Source of the DNA: Escherichia coli
GTDB lineage: Bacteria; Pseudomonadota; Gammaproteobacteria; Enterobacterales; Enterobacteriaceae
NCBI RefSeq assembly: GCF_044324785.1
Contig: NZ_CP172127.1
Direction: 5' to 3' (one strand)
DNA length: 64,000 bases
The translations under genes were made by a program, and so were the position numbers. Numbering within the stretch: the stretch's first letter is position 1; the number at the start of each line of letters is the position of its first letter. The notes under the pieces were generated by a model. That model was not told the DNA's origin, searched no databases, and saw nothing but the letters and a program-made list of their open reading frames with translations. Shown here piece by piece: positions 44,943-52,318 of the stretch.

Positions 44943-44968
44943 ATAAAAAAGCCGCCATAAGGCGGCTT
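44943..44968 (-). terminator. Intrinsic terminator after the repressor gene
   Basis: Minus strand aagccgcc-ttat-ggcggctt followed by tttttatt. Confidence 0.7.
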
Positions 44969-44988
44969 ACTTACTGAAAAATATGATT

Positions 44989-45573
44989 TTATTGTTTGTT
45001 TTTTTCGTTCTGGTTGATGACAAATTCAATGTAACTTTCGATCTTTGCTTTCTCGGTTTCGGGTAACAAAGCGTAGCGCGAGCGGTCATAGTTGATAGTC
45101 GCAGGGTCGTGCGGGTGAATCAGTAATTCATAGCCGTGACGCCCGAATGCGGATGCAACATTCTCCAGGGTGGAAATGGAAACGCTGACCTCATTGTTTA
45201 ACAGGCGGCTGATTGTCACCTGGGCGACGCCGGATGCGCGGTGAAGTTTTCCCTGCGTTGAAAGGTCGCGGCTTTCGCTCATCCAGCGTTCCAGGTTGTG
45301 AGCCGCCAGTTGACCAATGTCGCTTGGTCCGACAGGCTGAAAACCTTCCTGAGAAAGCGAGCGATCGATATCAAGCCAGTTACGGGGTTTATTGGCGGCA
45401 GCTTCAATTTTTCGCGCAACCTGGTCGCCGATAACCTTCTTGCCAAGAGCCCAGCGGTTTACCAGATTTGCCTGAGTTCCAAGTTTTTCAGCCATCCGCG
45501 TCTGAACACCATTGAATTCACGGTCGATCAAGTCGTTGAGATTTTGCCTGCGGACGTCCTGGATACTTTTCAT
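44989..45573 (-). CDS. Prophage repressor candidate with two HTH segments and no S24 peptidase domain
   Basis: 194 aa. HTH-like stretches GVQTRMAEKLGTQANLVNRWALGK and STQGKLHRASGVAQVTISRLLNNE. Divergent from the cro-like gene across the palindrome pair. Confidence 0.7.
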   Translation of the reverse strand: MKSIQDVRRQNLNDLIDREFNGVQTRMAEKLGTQANLVNRWALGKKVIGDQVARKIEAAANKPRNWLDIDRSLSQEGFQPVGPSDIGQLAAHNLERWMSESRDLSTQGKLHRASGVAQVTISRLLNNEVSVSISTLENVASAFGRHGYELLIHPHDPATINYDRSRYALLPETEKAKIESYIEFVINQNEKNKQ

Positions 45574-45627
45574 TTTCTGGAAAATCGCCTCATATCTGAA
45601 TCAGAAGATGATTCAATTTAAAGCAAT

Positions 45628-45642
45628 ATTACCCAACAGGTA
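45628..45642. promoter_or_regulatory. Operator-like palindrome TTACCcaacaGGTAA (perfect), OR region
   Basis: Read directly; between the divergent repressor and cro-like genes. Confidence 0.6.
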
Positions 45643-45666
45643 AATGCACCTCATGGGTAACTATCC

Positions 45667-45695
45667 TTGATTTTTGTTACCTTATAGGTGAATAT
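45667..45695 (+). promoter_or_regulatory. Early-right promoter candidate
   Basis: TTGATT (45667-45672), 17 nt, GAATAT (45690-45695). The spacer contains the palindrome at 45677-45691. Confidence 0.45.
45677..45691. promoter_or_regulatory. Operator-like palindrome, one mismatch (TTACCttataGGTGA), OR region
   Basis: Read directly; lies in the spacer of the early-right promoter. Confidence 0.5.
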
Positions 45696-45727
45696 TTATT
45701 ATCTGAAATAAATATCAGGCAATAGCT

Positions 45728-45958
45728 ATGAGCGATAACGGACATTTCGATTTCAAAAAGCACTGGCTTGCACTTACTCCGGATGAGCGTGAAGCCTTCG
45801 CACAGGAAGCCGGAACGACGAGTCACTATATCCAGACTCACTTAACAGGTAAGCGCAAAATGCCAGGTAAGGTATTGATGGATGGGCTTTTTAAAGCCTG
45901 TAAATCAAGACAATGGCTGCGCTCAAAAGCAGAACTGGCATACTTCTTCTACTCATGA
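45728..45958 (+). CDS. Cro-like small DNA-binding protein
   Basis: 76 aa; first rightward gene opposite the repressor; possible HTH EAFAQEAGTTSHYIQTHLTGKRK. Confidence 0.55.
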   Translation: MSDNGHFDFKKHWLALTPDEREAFAQEAGTTSHYIQTHLTGKRKMPGKVLMDGLFKACKSRQWLRSKAELAYFFYS

Positions 45959-45979
45959 TATCCAGCCACAACCCTCTGT

Positions 45980-46003
45980 AGACCGCCATCCGGCGGTCTT
46001 TTC
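45980..46003 (+). terminator. Intrinsic terminator directly after the cro-like gene
   Basis: agaccgcc-atcc-ggcggtct followed by tttt. Confidence 0.65.
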
Positions 46004-46013
46004 ATATCTATTC

Positions 46014-46028
46014 GTACCTCAAAGGTAA
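46014..46028. promoter_or_regulatory. Operator-like palindrome, one mismatch (GTACCtcaaaGGTAA)
   Basis: Read directly; 10 nt after the terminator, followed by TAAAAAA. Confidence 0.45.
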
Positions 46029-46108
46029 TAAAAAACCAAATATGGTTGATCTTTTTTTTGTGTCAGCACAAAATAACCGTAATCCCAATACTAATAACAG
46101 GGCTTACC

Positions 46109-46309
46109 ATGGAAATCATTACACGTATTGATGCCGCAAAGCGCGGACTTAAACGCTACTACACCGGAAAAACATGTAAGCACGGACATGACAGTGAACG
46201 CTGGGTTTACAACGGACACTGTGTTGAGTGCACCATGGAATCAAACCGTCGTATCAGGGCAGAGATTAAGCAGATCATGATTAATTCCTCCCCACAACAT
46301 TCAAGCTGA
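46109..46309 (+). CDS. Small Cys/His zinc-finger-like protein
   Basis: 66 aa from MEIITRIDAAKRGLKRYYTGKTCKHGHDSERWVYNGHCVECT. The upstream part of the track ORF is hydrophobic junk over the operator region. Confidence 0.5.
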   Translation: MEIITRIDAAKRGLKRYYTGKTCKHGHDSERWVYNGHCVECTMESNRRIRAEIKQIMINSSPQHSS

Positions 46310-46324
46310 TAGCGGAGATTAATC

Positions 46325-47140
46325 ATGAGCAGACATGCAACAGATTGGGCCTGGGAGACAGATCCAGGTAGCTCGTCATTAAAGCTCATACTGCTCTCGA
46401 TGGCTGACAGAGCCGATGAATATAACCTCTGCTACCCCAGCATAGAACGCCTCGTTAAAGACACTTGCCTGAATAAAAAAACCGTGCAGGCCGGACTTAT
46501 ATCGCTCATGAAAATGGGGCTTATTTCAGATACCGGGGAGAGAAAGGGAGCGACAAAAAGAGTGCGGGTTTTCTCTCTTAATATAACCAAAAACGGGAAC
46601 ATTAAAGGCAACCGAGAGGGGGGCAATGAACCCGAAAACGGTAATGTTACCGAAAACGGGAATATACCCAAAAACGGGATGTTGAATGATCCCAAAAACG
46701 GGATGTTGAATGATCCCAAAAACGGGATCCAGAACCAGTCATATAACCAGTCATTTAACCAAGAGAGGGAGAGCAGGACAAAAAACGGGGATTCTGTGCA
46801 TCATGACCCCGGCGCAAACAACGCCGTGATGAATAACTTTGTTCCTCCTGGTGGGCCAGGGCAATTAGGCAAATTTGTCATGCATGAACAATGGCAGCCA
46901 TCAGATGACTTTCTTCGGAAAAGCTCATTGCAGGGGATCTACCTGGACAGTCTGCCAACGGCACAGGAACTTGCAGAGTTCAGAATTTACTGGATGGCTG
47001 AGGGTAAGGCATACCATCAGGCACAGTGGGAGCAGAAGCTGGCAAGGCGGCTGCAGATTAGCAGACAGAAGCAATCAACATTACCTGATAACAACGTTCC
47101 GCACTGGAACAGCCCTGAAGCGTGGGAGGATTTCTTGTGA
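46325..47140 (+). CDS. Replication initiator, lambda O-like role (N-terminal winged-HTH; iterons inside gene)
   Basis: 271 aa; SSLKLILLSMADRADEYNLCYPSIERLVKDTCLNKKTVQAGLISLMKMGLI; internal iterons; followed by a lambda-P homologue. Confidence 0.7.
   Translation: MSRHATDWAWETDPGSSSLKLILLSMADRADEYNLCYPSIERLVKDTCLNKKTVQAGLISLMKMGLISDTGERKGATKRVRVFSLNITKNGNIKGNREGGNEPENGNVTENGNIPKNGMLNDPKNGMLNDPKNGIQNQSYNQSFNQERESRTKNGDSVHHDPGANNAVMNNFVPPGGPGQLGKFVMHEQWQPSDDFLRKSSLQGIYLDSLPTAQELAEFRIYWMAEGKAYHQAQWEQKLARRLQISRQKQSTLPDNNVPHWNSPEAWEDFL
46587..46791. repeat. Iteron array (probable phage ori): seven CC(A/G)AAAACGGGA repeats
   Basis: Copies at 46587, 46632, 46650, 46667, 46691, 46715 and 46779. The three at 46667/46691/46715 sit on an exact 24-bp register (cccaaaaacgggatgttgaatgat). 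Confidence 0.65.
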
Positions 47141-47922
47141 ACAACGTTTTTACCGCAATACAAAACCGTGACGGAGAAGCCCTTTCTCGCATGTCAGGTT
47201 ATGAGCATCAGTACACCAACAATGACAACGTAGTGAACATGTCAGCAGAGAGGCTTGTTGATGCCCTTTTCAAACAGCTGAAACAACTGTTTCCGGCGGC
47301 AGTGGTAACCAACCTGAAGACGCCAGAGCAGGAAGTTGCTGCAAAACAGCAGTGGATTGCTGCGTTTGCCGAAGGGGGGATCCGAACCCGTGAACAGGTT
47401 TCTGCTGGTATGCGCCACGCCCGCGCCAGTGATTCTCCGTTCTGGCCGTCGCCAGGGCAATTCATCAAGTGGTGTAAAGACAGCAAGATGGTTCTTGGCG
47501 TCACCATTGACGATGTGATGGCGGAGTTTCACCGGTACAGCAAGGAAAAAAGTTTATATCCTGGTGGTCCCGAAAGATTCCCGTGGCGACATCAGGTTAT
47601 GTACTGGGTCGTATGTGATACCCGCCGTGCAATGTATCAGCGCCAGCTTAGCGAGATTGAGGTTGAGAAACACGCGCGCAGGCTGCTCGATGATTGGGCG
47701 AAAAAGGTGGCTTCCGGACAGCAGATACCCGATCCGGTGATCAGCATACAGGCAAAGCCAGAACCCATGAGTACGCCTCCGGACACAGGGAGAGACGTTT
47801 ACCATCCACCAGGGCGAAGTTTCGGGTGCATGCCTAACGCCGCCACCCTTGGGGGAATAACACCGGCGCAGTGGCTGATGGAGGAATACAGGCGGGGAAA
47901 GGCGTCAGGATTTATCAAGTAA
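47137..47922 (+). CDS. Lambda P-like replication protein (helicase loader)
   Basis: The by-eye alignment to lambda P is strong (FP...WIAAFAEGGIRTREQVSAGMRHARASDSPFWPSPGQFIKWC). GTG 47137 overlaps the O-like TGA; SD gggagga. Confidence 0.8.
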   Translation: MNNVFTAIQNRDGEALSRMSGYEHQYTNNDNVVNMSAERLVDALFKQLKQLFPAAVVTNLKTPEQEVAAKQQWIAAFAEGGIRTREQVSAGMRHARASDSPFWPSPGQFIKWCKDSKMVLGVTIDDVMAEFHRYSKEKSLYPGGPERFPWRHQVMYWVVCDTRRAMYQRQLSEIEVEKHARRLLDDWAKKVASGQQIPDPVISIQAKPEPMSTPPDTGRDVYHPPGRSFGCMPNAATLGGITPAQWLMEEYRRGKASGFIK

Positions 47923-47927
47923 TACCA

Positions 47928-47948
47928 GCGCGATAGCGCATTTTTTTA
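47928..47948 (+). terminator. Weak terminator after the P-like gene
   Basis: gcgc-gata-gcgc followed by attttttt. Only a 4-bp stem. Confidence 0.3.
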
Positions 47949-47959
47949 CGTCTCGATAA

Positions 47960-47974
47960 TTACCTTAGAGGTAA
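47960..47974. promoter_or_regulatory. Operator-like palindrome TTACCttagaGGTAA (perfect)
   Basis: Read directly; intergenic between the P-like and DUF1064 genes. Confidence 0.55.
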
Positions 47975-47993
47975 TAAAATATTCTAAAATCTA

Positions 47994-48022
47994 TTGATTT
48001 CGTGTCTTATGTGGTTTTTAAT
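47994..48022 (+). promoter_or_regulatory. Promoter candidate for the accessory (DUF1064...) module
   Basis: TTGATT (47994-47999), 17 nt, TTTAAT (48017-48022). The -10 overlaps the next palindrome. Confidence 0.4.
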
Positions 48023-48036
48023 TACCTAAGGGGTAA
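48022..48036. promoter_or_regulatory. Operator-like palindrome TTACCtaaggGGTAA (perfect)
   Basis: Read directly; ends 3 nt before ATG 48040 and contains its SD. Confidence 0.55.
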
Positions 48037-48039
48037 ATC

Positions 48040-48387
48040 ATGAGAAAACAGATGCAGGCTCTTGGTCGACTCAAAACAGGCCAGATGAACAAAACAGAAT
48101 CTGCGTATTGCCAGCACCTTGAGCTGCGTAAACGTGCAGGAGAAATCGTCTGGTATCGATTTGAGGGTATCAAGCTGCGGTTAGCTGACAACACGTTCTA
48201 TACGCCAGATTTTGCTGTGATGCTCGCCACCGGCGAGATGGAACTGCACGAAGTGAAAGGGGGATTCTGGACCGATGACGCCAGAGTGAAAACCAAAGTC
48301 GCCGCAGATCAGTATCCGTTCCGAATCATCGGGGTAACGGTTAAGCCAAAGAAAGCAGGTGGTGGCTGGAACATCGAAGAGTTCTGA
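48040..48387 (+). CDS. DUF1064-family (PD-(D/E)XK-like) phage protein
   Basis: 115 aa; NKTESAYCQHLELRKRAGEIVWYRFEGIKLRLADNTFYTPDFAV...ELHEVKG pattern. Confidence 0.65.
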   Translation: MRKQMQALGRLKTGQMNKTESAYCQHLELRKRAGEIVWYRFEGIKLRLADNTFYTPDFAVMLATGEMELHEVKGGFWTDDARVKTKVAADQYPFRIIGVTVKPKKAGGGWNIEEF

Positions 48388-48448
48388 ATCGACGATCTTT
48401 TTAGTTATCAATGTAATCAATAAGTTATGTGGATAAGCGAGGGTAAAG

Positions 48449-49000
48449 ATGGAAAGTAATATCAAAGGGTTAGTTGCCGCCGGGCATGAGATGGCTTCGG
48501 AACTGAAAGCAGAATGTGGTGCCGTTGATATGCGCAGTGTGGCAAAGCTGATCAGCGATTTGGCAACGCAACTGGAAGTGCAACTGGTGCGTGCTAATGC
48601 GCTGGCCGAAGACCAGCAGAAAGCGATTGAGTCAATTAAGCAGGCTGATTCGGCTGTTAAGTTGGCACACGAGAAGTTTTCGGAGCTGGCAGCGGAGAAT
48701 GCGAGACTGAAATCTGCGCACCCTCAACCATTCGGACCTGAGATGATGAAGGCTATTGATGCGTATGAGAAGTATCAGGATGAAGTGCCGGAGACTGGGA
48801 TGCTCAATGCATTTTTCATCTTGCGCGACAGTATCCGTGTTGACACCCCAGCCACCGAAGCATTCCTGGCTGAAGTACGGGCGCAGGGCGTGGAGATGGC
48901 TATGGAGCATATGCAGTCGAGCGGTTCGTTAACATTTGGAGATTGCTACATATCACTTAACGAGTTCGCCGCAGAGCTTCGCAAAGGAGGTAACCAGTGA
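48449..49000 (+). CDS. Hypothetical coiled-coil phage protein
   Basis: 183 aa; SD gaggg; 4-nt overlap with the next ORF. Confidence 0.6.
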   Translation: MESNIKGLVAAGHEMASELKAECGAVDMRSVAKLISDLATQLEVQLVRANALAEDQQKAIESIKQADSAVKLAHEKFSELAAENARLKSAHPQPFGPEMMKAIDAYEKYQDEVPETGMLNAFFILRDSIRVDTPATEAFLAEVRAQGVEMAMEHMQSSGSLTFGDCYISLNEFAAELRKGGNQ

Positions 49001-49296
49001 GTGTATATCTCATTGATAAACGCCGGCGTGGGCAACAAATACCATCTGTTGAAATGCCGAATCACACATGGTTTTGCGTACTTGATATCGATGGTATGGA
49101 TGCGTTGGTTAACACTCGTCATTACTGCGATACCGCAACAGCTACTCCGGCGAAAGCAAAGAAAATGGCTGCTCTGATAGAAAACTGGACTCCACCTGAT
49201 GGTTGGTGCAATGGGAATGATCGAGATTGGCACGAAAAAATGAAGGGCTATATCTGCGATTTTTTACGTAAATGCAACGGCTTCAGGGTGATGTGA
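48997..49296 (+). CDS. Hypothetical phage protein
   Basis: 99 aa; GTG start overlapping the previous stop; tight packing. Confidence 0.55.
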   Translation: MSVYLIDKRRRGQQIPSVEMPNHTWFCVLDIDGMDALVNTRHYCDTATATPAKAKKMAALIENWTPPDGWCNGNDRDWHEKMKGYICDFLRKCNGFRVM

Positions 49297-49297
49297 T

Positions 49298-49984
49298 ATG
49301 ACCAAAATTAACTATCAGGCACTGCGTGAGGCGGCAGAACGTGCAATTCCGGCAATGGAACGCCTGTTAATGTTGCCAGTTGATGATGATCTGATAAGCG
49401 AACAGGAACTTAAAGATTACGGTGTGGATATTGATGCGCTCAACGCCTTCAAATTTCTGGCCGGACCAGAAACCGTGCTGGCACTGCTGGATGAACGGGA
49501 AAGAAACCAGCAATACATAAAACGCCGCGACCAGGAGAACGAGGATATTGCGCTAACGGTAGGGAGGCTTCGCGTTGAGCTGGAAGGCAAAGACAGCAAA
49601 ATAGCCAATCTTACCGCCGAACGCGATGCTCTTCGTGAAGGTGAGATGGGCGACGCTAGGCATAGCAACACACGGGCCGCAGCTGATATCTACTTCCAAC
49701 TGGTCGAGGAGTGCGAAATTCCTGCTGGCGGATCTCTGGTCGAGTACGTTGACGATATGCGCGAGAAGCTGGAAGCCGCAGAGAAGCGCATTGCAGAGTT
49801 AGAAAGTGGTTCTCAGGCACAAAAGTTAGTTGAAGCAATCATTGTTGCGATAGAAAACGAACAGGAAAGGCTTTTTGATGAAGATTACCTAATGGATTCG
49901 AAAGAATGCATTGACGTAATTCGTGAAGAAGTAAAGCGATGGAATGATTCCCGTGCCGCTGGCATTCGCATCAAAGGAGAGTGA
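49298..49984 (+). CDS. Ead/Ea22-like coiled-coil protein
   Basis: 228 aa, MTKINYQALREAAERAIPAMERL...; heptad-rich centre as in lambdoid Ea22 proteins. Confidence 0.6.
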   Translation: MTKINYQALREAAERAIPAMERLLMLPVDDDLISEQELKDYGVDIDALNAFKFLAGPETVLALLDERERNQQYIKRRDQENEDIALTVGRLRVELEGKDSKIANLTAERDALREGEMGDARHSNTRAAADIYFQLVEECEIPAGGSLVEYVDDMREKLEAAEKRIAELESGSQAQKLVEAIIVAIENEQERLFDEDYLMDSKECIDVIREEVKRWNDSRAAGIRIKGE

Positions 49985-49985
49985 G

Positions 49986-50177
49986 ATGGACGGACAAATA
50001 TCAATCGTTAGACCAGGAGCATGTGACGATCGCGAAATACGAATAATTATTCGTCTGGCAATGGGGAAAGCAATAACTGCTCTCATTACCCCAGAAAATC
50101 TCGCATTAGCATTAACAGGAAAGTCAGACCTGCCAGTAGAGCTAAAGCTGCGAAATGTTGAGATTAAGGTGAAATAG
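49986..50177 (+). CDS. Hypothetical 63-aa protein
   Basis: ATG 49986 lies 2 nt after the previous stop (MDGQISIVRPGACDDREIR...). Confidence 0.5.
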   Translation: MDGQISIVRPGACDDREIRIIIRLAMGKAITALITPENLALALTGKSDLPVELKLRNVEIKVK

Positions 50178-50179
50178 CT

Positions 50180-50620
50180 ATGACCACTATTACCAAAGAA
50201 CGTATCGAATTATTCATTAAAAATCCTCTTGATAACGGGCTTACCCGTGGCGAACAAATGGAAGTGGCACGGATTGCACTGGCATCGCTGGAAGCAGAGC
50301 CAGTTATGTTCTGTATATCAGGACAAAATGTAGATTCAGAAGAACATGTATCAACCAGCAAAGCGGTTGTTGATGCCTGGGTTGAAGAATGGAATCAGGT
50401 TGACGGAAGTCCTGGCGAACCACTGTACAAAACTATGCCACTCTACTGTCACGCTACCTTGCCAGCGCCGGTAGTGCCTGAAGGACTGGTTAAAGCGGTG
50501 CGTTTTTATGAGCAGGTAAAAAATGAGAATCCGCCAGTTGGGACTGGTGCGTGGAAAGACGCTGTTGACTGGGTGCTCGAAGAGGCTTGCCAGGCTGTAA
50601 ATACAGACATCAAAGGATGA
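50180..50620 (+). CDS. Hypothetical protein sharing an N-terminal module with ORF 51031
   Basis: 146 aa; IALASLEAEPV motif also seen as ISLASLGAEPV in 51031-51594. Confidence 0.6.
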   Translation: MTTITKERIELFIKNPLDNGLTRGEQMEVARIALASLEAEPVMFCISGQNVDSEEHVSTSKAVVDAWVEEWNQVDGSPGEPLYKTMPLYCHATLPAPVVPEGLVKAVRFYEQVKNENPPVGTGAWKDAVDWVLEEACQAVNTDIKG

Positions 50621-50823
50621 ACGATATGGCAACCAACAATCGTAAAGCCAAGATGCTAATTTCCCGTGTATACAGACTTTGCTACCCCAGCCAGTGGTTG
50701 AGAGTTAGCAATCGCCGTGTGGTGTTGTTCTCATTTTCTGGAATTGCCAGAGAGGGAATCAAAGATAAGCGCAGCGCGGCGCAAAACCGCTGGAAAAACA
50801 ACTTGCGCACTAAAGGAGCCTAA
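50617..50823 (+). CDS. Hypothetical basic 68-aa protein
   Basis: ATGA overlap with the previous gene; stop 1 nt before the next ATG. Fills the only gap, but composition is unusual. Confidence 0.4.
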   Translation: MNDMATNNRKAKMLISRVYRLCYPSQWLRVSNRRVVLFSFSGIAREGIKDKRSAAQNRWKNNLRTKGA

Positions 50824-50824
50824 T

Positions 50825-51034
50825 ATGGCTATTGCCGCAAGTTACACCATGCATCTCTACTGTGATTGTCGCCAGTGTACAAATGGTAAATATCAGTCGC
50901 CAGACTTCGGTGAGTATATCGGTACGTCATGGGCTGGCTGTGCAAAAGAAGCACGTAAAGATGGATGGCGAATAAGCGCCGACAAAACACGTGCTTTTGC
51001 GCCCGGACATAAAGTTTTGAGGATTAACAAATGA
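50825..51034 (+). CDS. Hypothetical Cys-rich 69-aa protein
   Basis: MAIAASYTMHLYCDCRQCTNGKYQSPDFGEY...; ATGA-type overlap with the next gene. Confidence 0.5.
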   Translation: MAIAASYTMHLYCDCRQCTNGKYQSPDFGEYIGTSWAGCAKEARKDGWRISADKTRAFAPGHKVLRINK

Positions 51035-51594
51035 CAACATTTACCGACGACGACAAGAAACTAATTAAAGAAATCAGGGAGCGAATCGGCAGCCTGGACG
51101 TGCGAGACAATATTGAGCGCCGGGCTTATGAAATTTCTCTGGCATCACTGGGAGCAGAACCTGTAAGCCAAACTTACAACTTGCCAGAATTAATCGAAGG
51201 CATGGAGGTTTCCATTGATGTAAGCACTTGTGATGCGGATTTAGGTAATCGCTATTTCGGTACCGTCACCGAGGCGTTAGAACTTGATACTGCCAAGAAT
51301 GGTTACATCCTCCTGGTTCAGGACGCAGAGCCAAACTTCGATGTAAATGGCAACTCTCCGGTAACTCCGGATGGTTGGATAAGCTGTAGTGAGCTAATGC
51401 CGGAAAAGAACCAGAACGTGCTTATTTCGGTGAATTTCGATAGCTCTCTGGTTGAACCGCTAATATGCTCCGCACGCTATACAGGAAGCACATTCCGGCG
51501 AGGAGAAGCAACGATTAAGCCGGGCAATGGTATTGAGCAAGCAACTCACTGGATGCCGCTACCGGAACCACCGCAGGAGGTTAACCGTGGCTAA
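51031..51594 (+). CDS. DUF551-type phage protein
   Basis: 187 aa; C-terminal DGWISCSELMPEKNQNVLI...ATHWMPLPEPP is the DUF551 pattern. Confidence 0.65.
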   Translation: MTTFTDDDKKLIKEIRERIGSLDVRDNIERRAYEISLASLGAEPVSQTYNLPELIEGMEVSIDVSTCDADLGNRYFGTVTEALELDTAKNGYILLVQDAEPNFDVNGNSPVTPDGWISCSELMPEKNQNVLISVNFDSSLVEPLICSARYTGSTFRRGEATIKPGNGIEQATHWMPLPEPPQEVNRG

Positions 51595-51868
51595 CCTGCA
51601 ACTTGCCGTCAAAGGTGAATACTTCGATGCCATGATTCGCGGAGAGAAAACGGAAGAGTATCGCCTGTGTAATGACTACTGGAATAAGCGAATCATGTTC
51701 CGGGAATATGACCGCCTGATTATCACAAAGGGATATCCGAAGCGCGACGACTTCAGTCGCAGAATTGACGTCCCGTATGACGGATATGAAATCAAGACAA
51801 TCACACATCCGCACTTCGGTGATAAACCGGTAAAGGTGTTCGCGATAAAGGTAAATATTGATGGCTAA
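51587..51868 (+). CDS. ASCH-domain protein
   Basis: GTG 51587 behind SD aggagg; VKGEYFDAMIRGEKTEEYRL...ITKGYP resembles ASCH domains. Confidence 0.65.
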   Translation: MANLQLAVKGEYFDAMIRGEKTEEYRLCNDYWNKRIMFREYDRLIITKGYPKRDDFSRRIDVPYDGYEIKTITHPHFGDKPVKVFAIKVNIDG

Positions 51869-52199
51869 ATCAGCAGCAGAGCGCAAAGCCGCTCAGAGAG
51901 CCAGACAAGCTGCATCTGGTGTGCGTAAGCTGGAGATTGTGCTTGATGCTCAGGAAATTGAAATGCTGGAGCGTAACTGTGCCACGCGTCGCCCCGGGCG
52001 TGCGCCTTACGAATTTGGTGAGTATATAGCGTTACTGATCCGCCAGGATGATGCACGCGTGCACGGGCGTATAAAATCGATCAGCAGAAAACGTTGCGGT
52101 AAGTGCGGCGAGAGAGTTCCTGTAAATTCATGCCCGTGTAATGGTGACTCGCAATGCTGGGTGACTAAAGGCTGGCATGAAACGAAATTAATAGTGTGA
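51858..52199 (+). CDS. Ribbon-helix-helix-like N-terminus plus Cys-rich C-terminus; last gene before the late operon
   Basis: 113 aa; RKLEIVLDAQEIEMLERN (RHH-like) and CGKCGERVPVNSCPCNGDSQC. Confidence 0.5.
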   Translation: MMAKSAAERKAAQRARQAASGVRKLEIVLDAQEIEMLERNCATRRPGRAPYEFGEYIALLIRQDDARVHGRIKSISRKRCGKCGERVPVNSCPCNGDSQCWVTKGWHETKLIV

Positions 52200-52207
52200 C
52201 ATGTCAC
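52196..52207. promoter_or_regulatory. 12-bp perfect palindrome GTGACATGTCAC, copy 1
   Basis: Overlaps the stop codon of ORF 51858-52199. A 14-nt identity (tgtgacatgtcacg) is shared with the copy at 54470-54483. Confidence 0.4.
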
Positions 52208-52248
52208 GAGTAGATTATGCATGATGAATTTGATGGGTTTTGAATACT

Positions 52249-52274
52249 GCCGCCAACTATGGCGGCTTTATTTT
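52249..52274 (+). terminator. Intrinsic terminator upstream of the terminase operon
   Basis: gccgcc-aactat-ggcggc followed by tttatttt. Confidence 0.6.
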
Positions 52275-52285
52275 GCATGGTACTA

Positions 52286-52300
52286 TTACCACAACGGTAA
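52286..52300. promoter_or_regulatory. Operator-like palindrome TTACCacaacGGTAA (perfect)
   Basis: Read directly; 18 nt upstream of the terS start. Confidence 0.55.
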
Positions 52301-52303
52301 CTA

Positions 52304-52318
52304 TTACCACGGTGGTTA
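52304..52318. promoter_or_regulatory. Operator-like palindrome, one mismatch (TTACCacggtGGTTA)
   Basis: Read directly; its last base is the A of the terS ATG. Confidence 0.45.

Noticed and set aside
46587-46791. Short regularly spaced repeats that could be mistaken for a mini-CRISPR array
   Set aside because: The repeats are 12-14 nt and the spacers are irregular (18-64 nt). They are partly exact 24-bp tandem duplications lying in-frame inside a replication-initiator gene, which is iteron behaviour. There are no cas genes.
52196-52207. GTGACATGTCAC as a CRP site (TGTGA...TCACA)
   Set aside because: The half-site spacing is 4 nt instead of 6, and the right half is TCACG. It does not fit the CRP consensus geometry.
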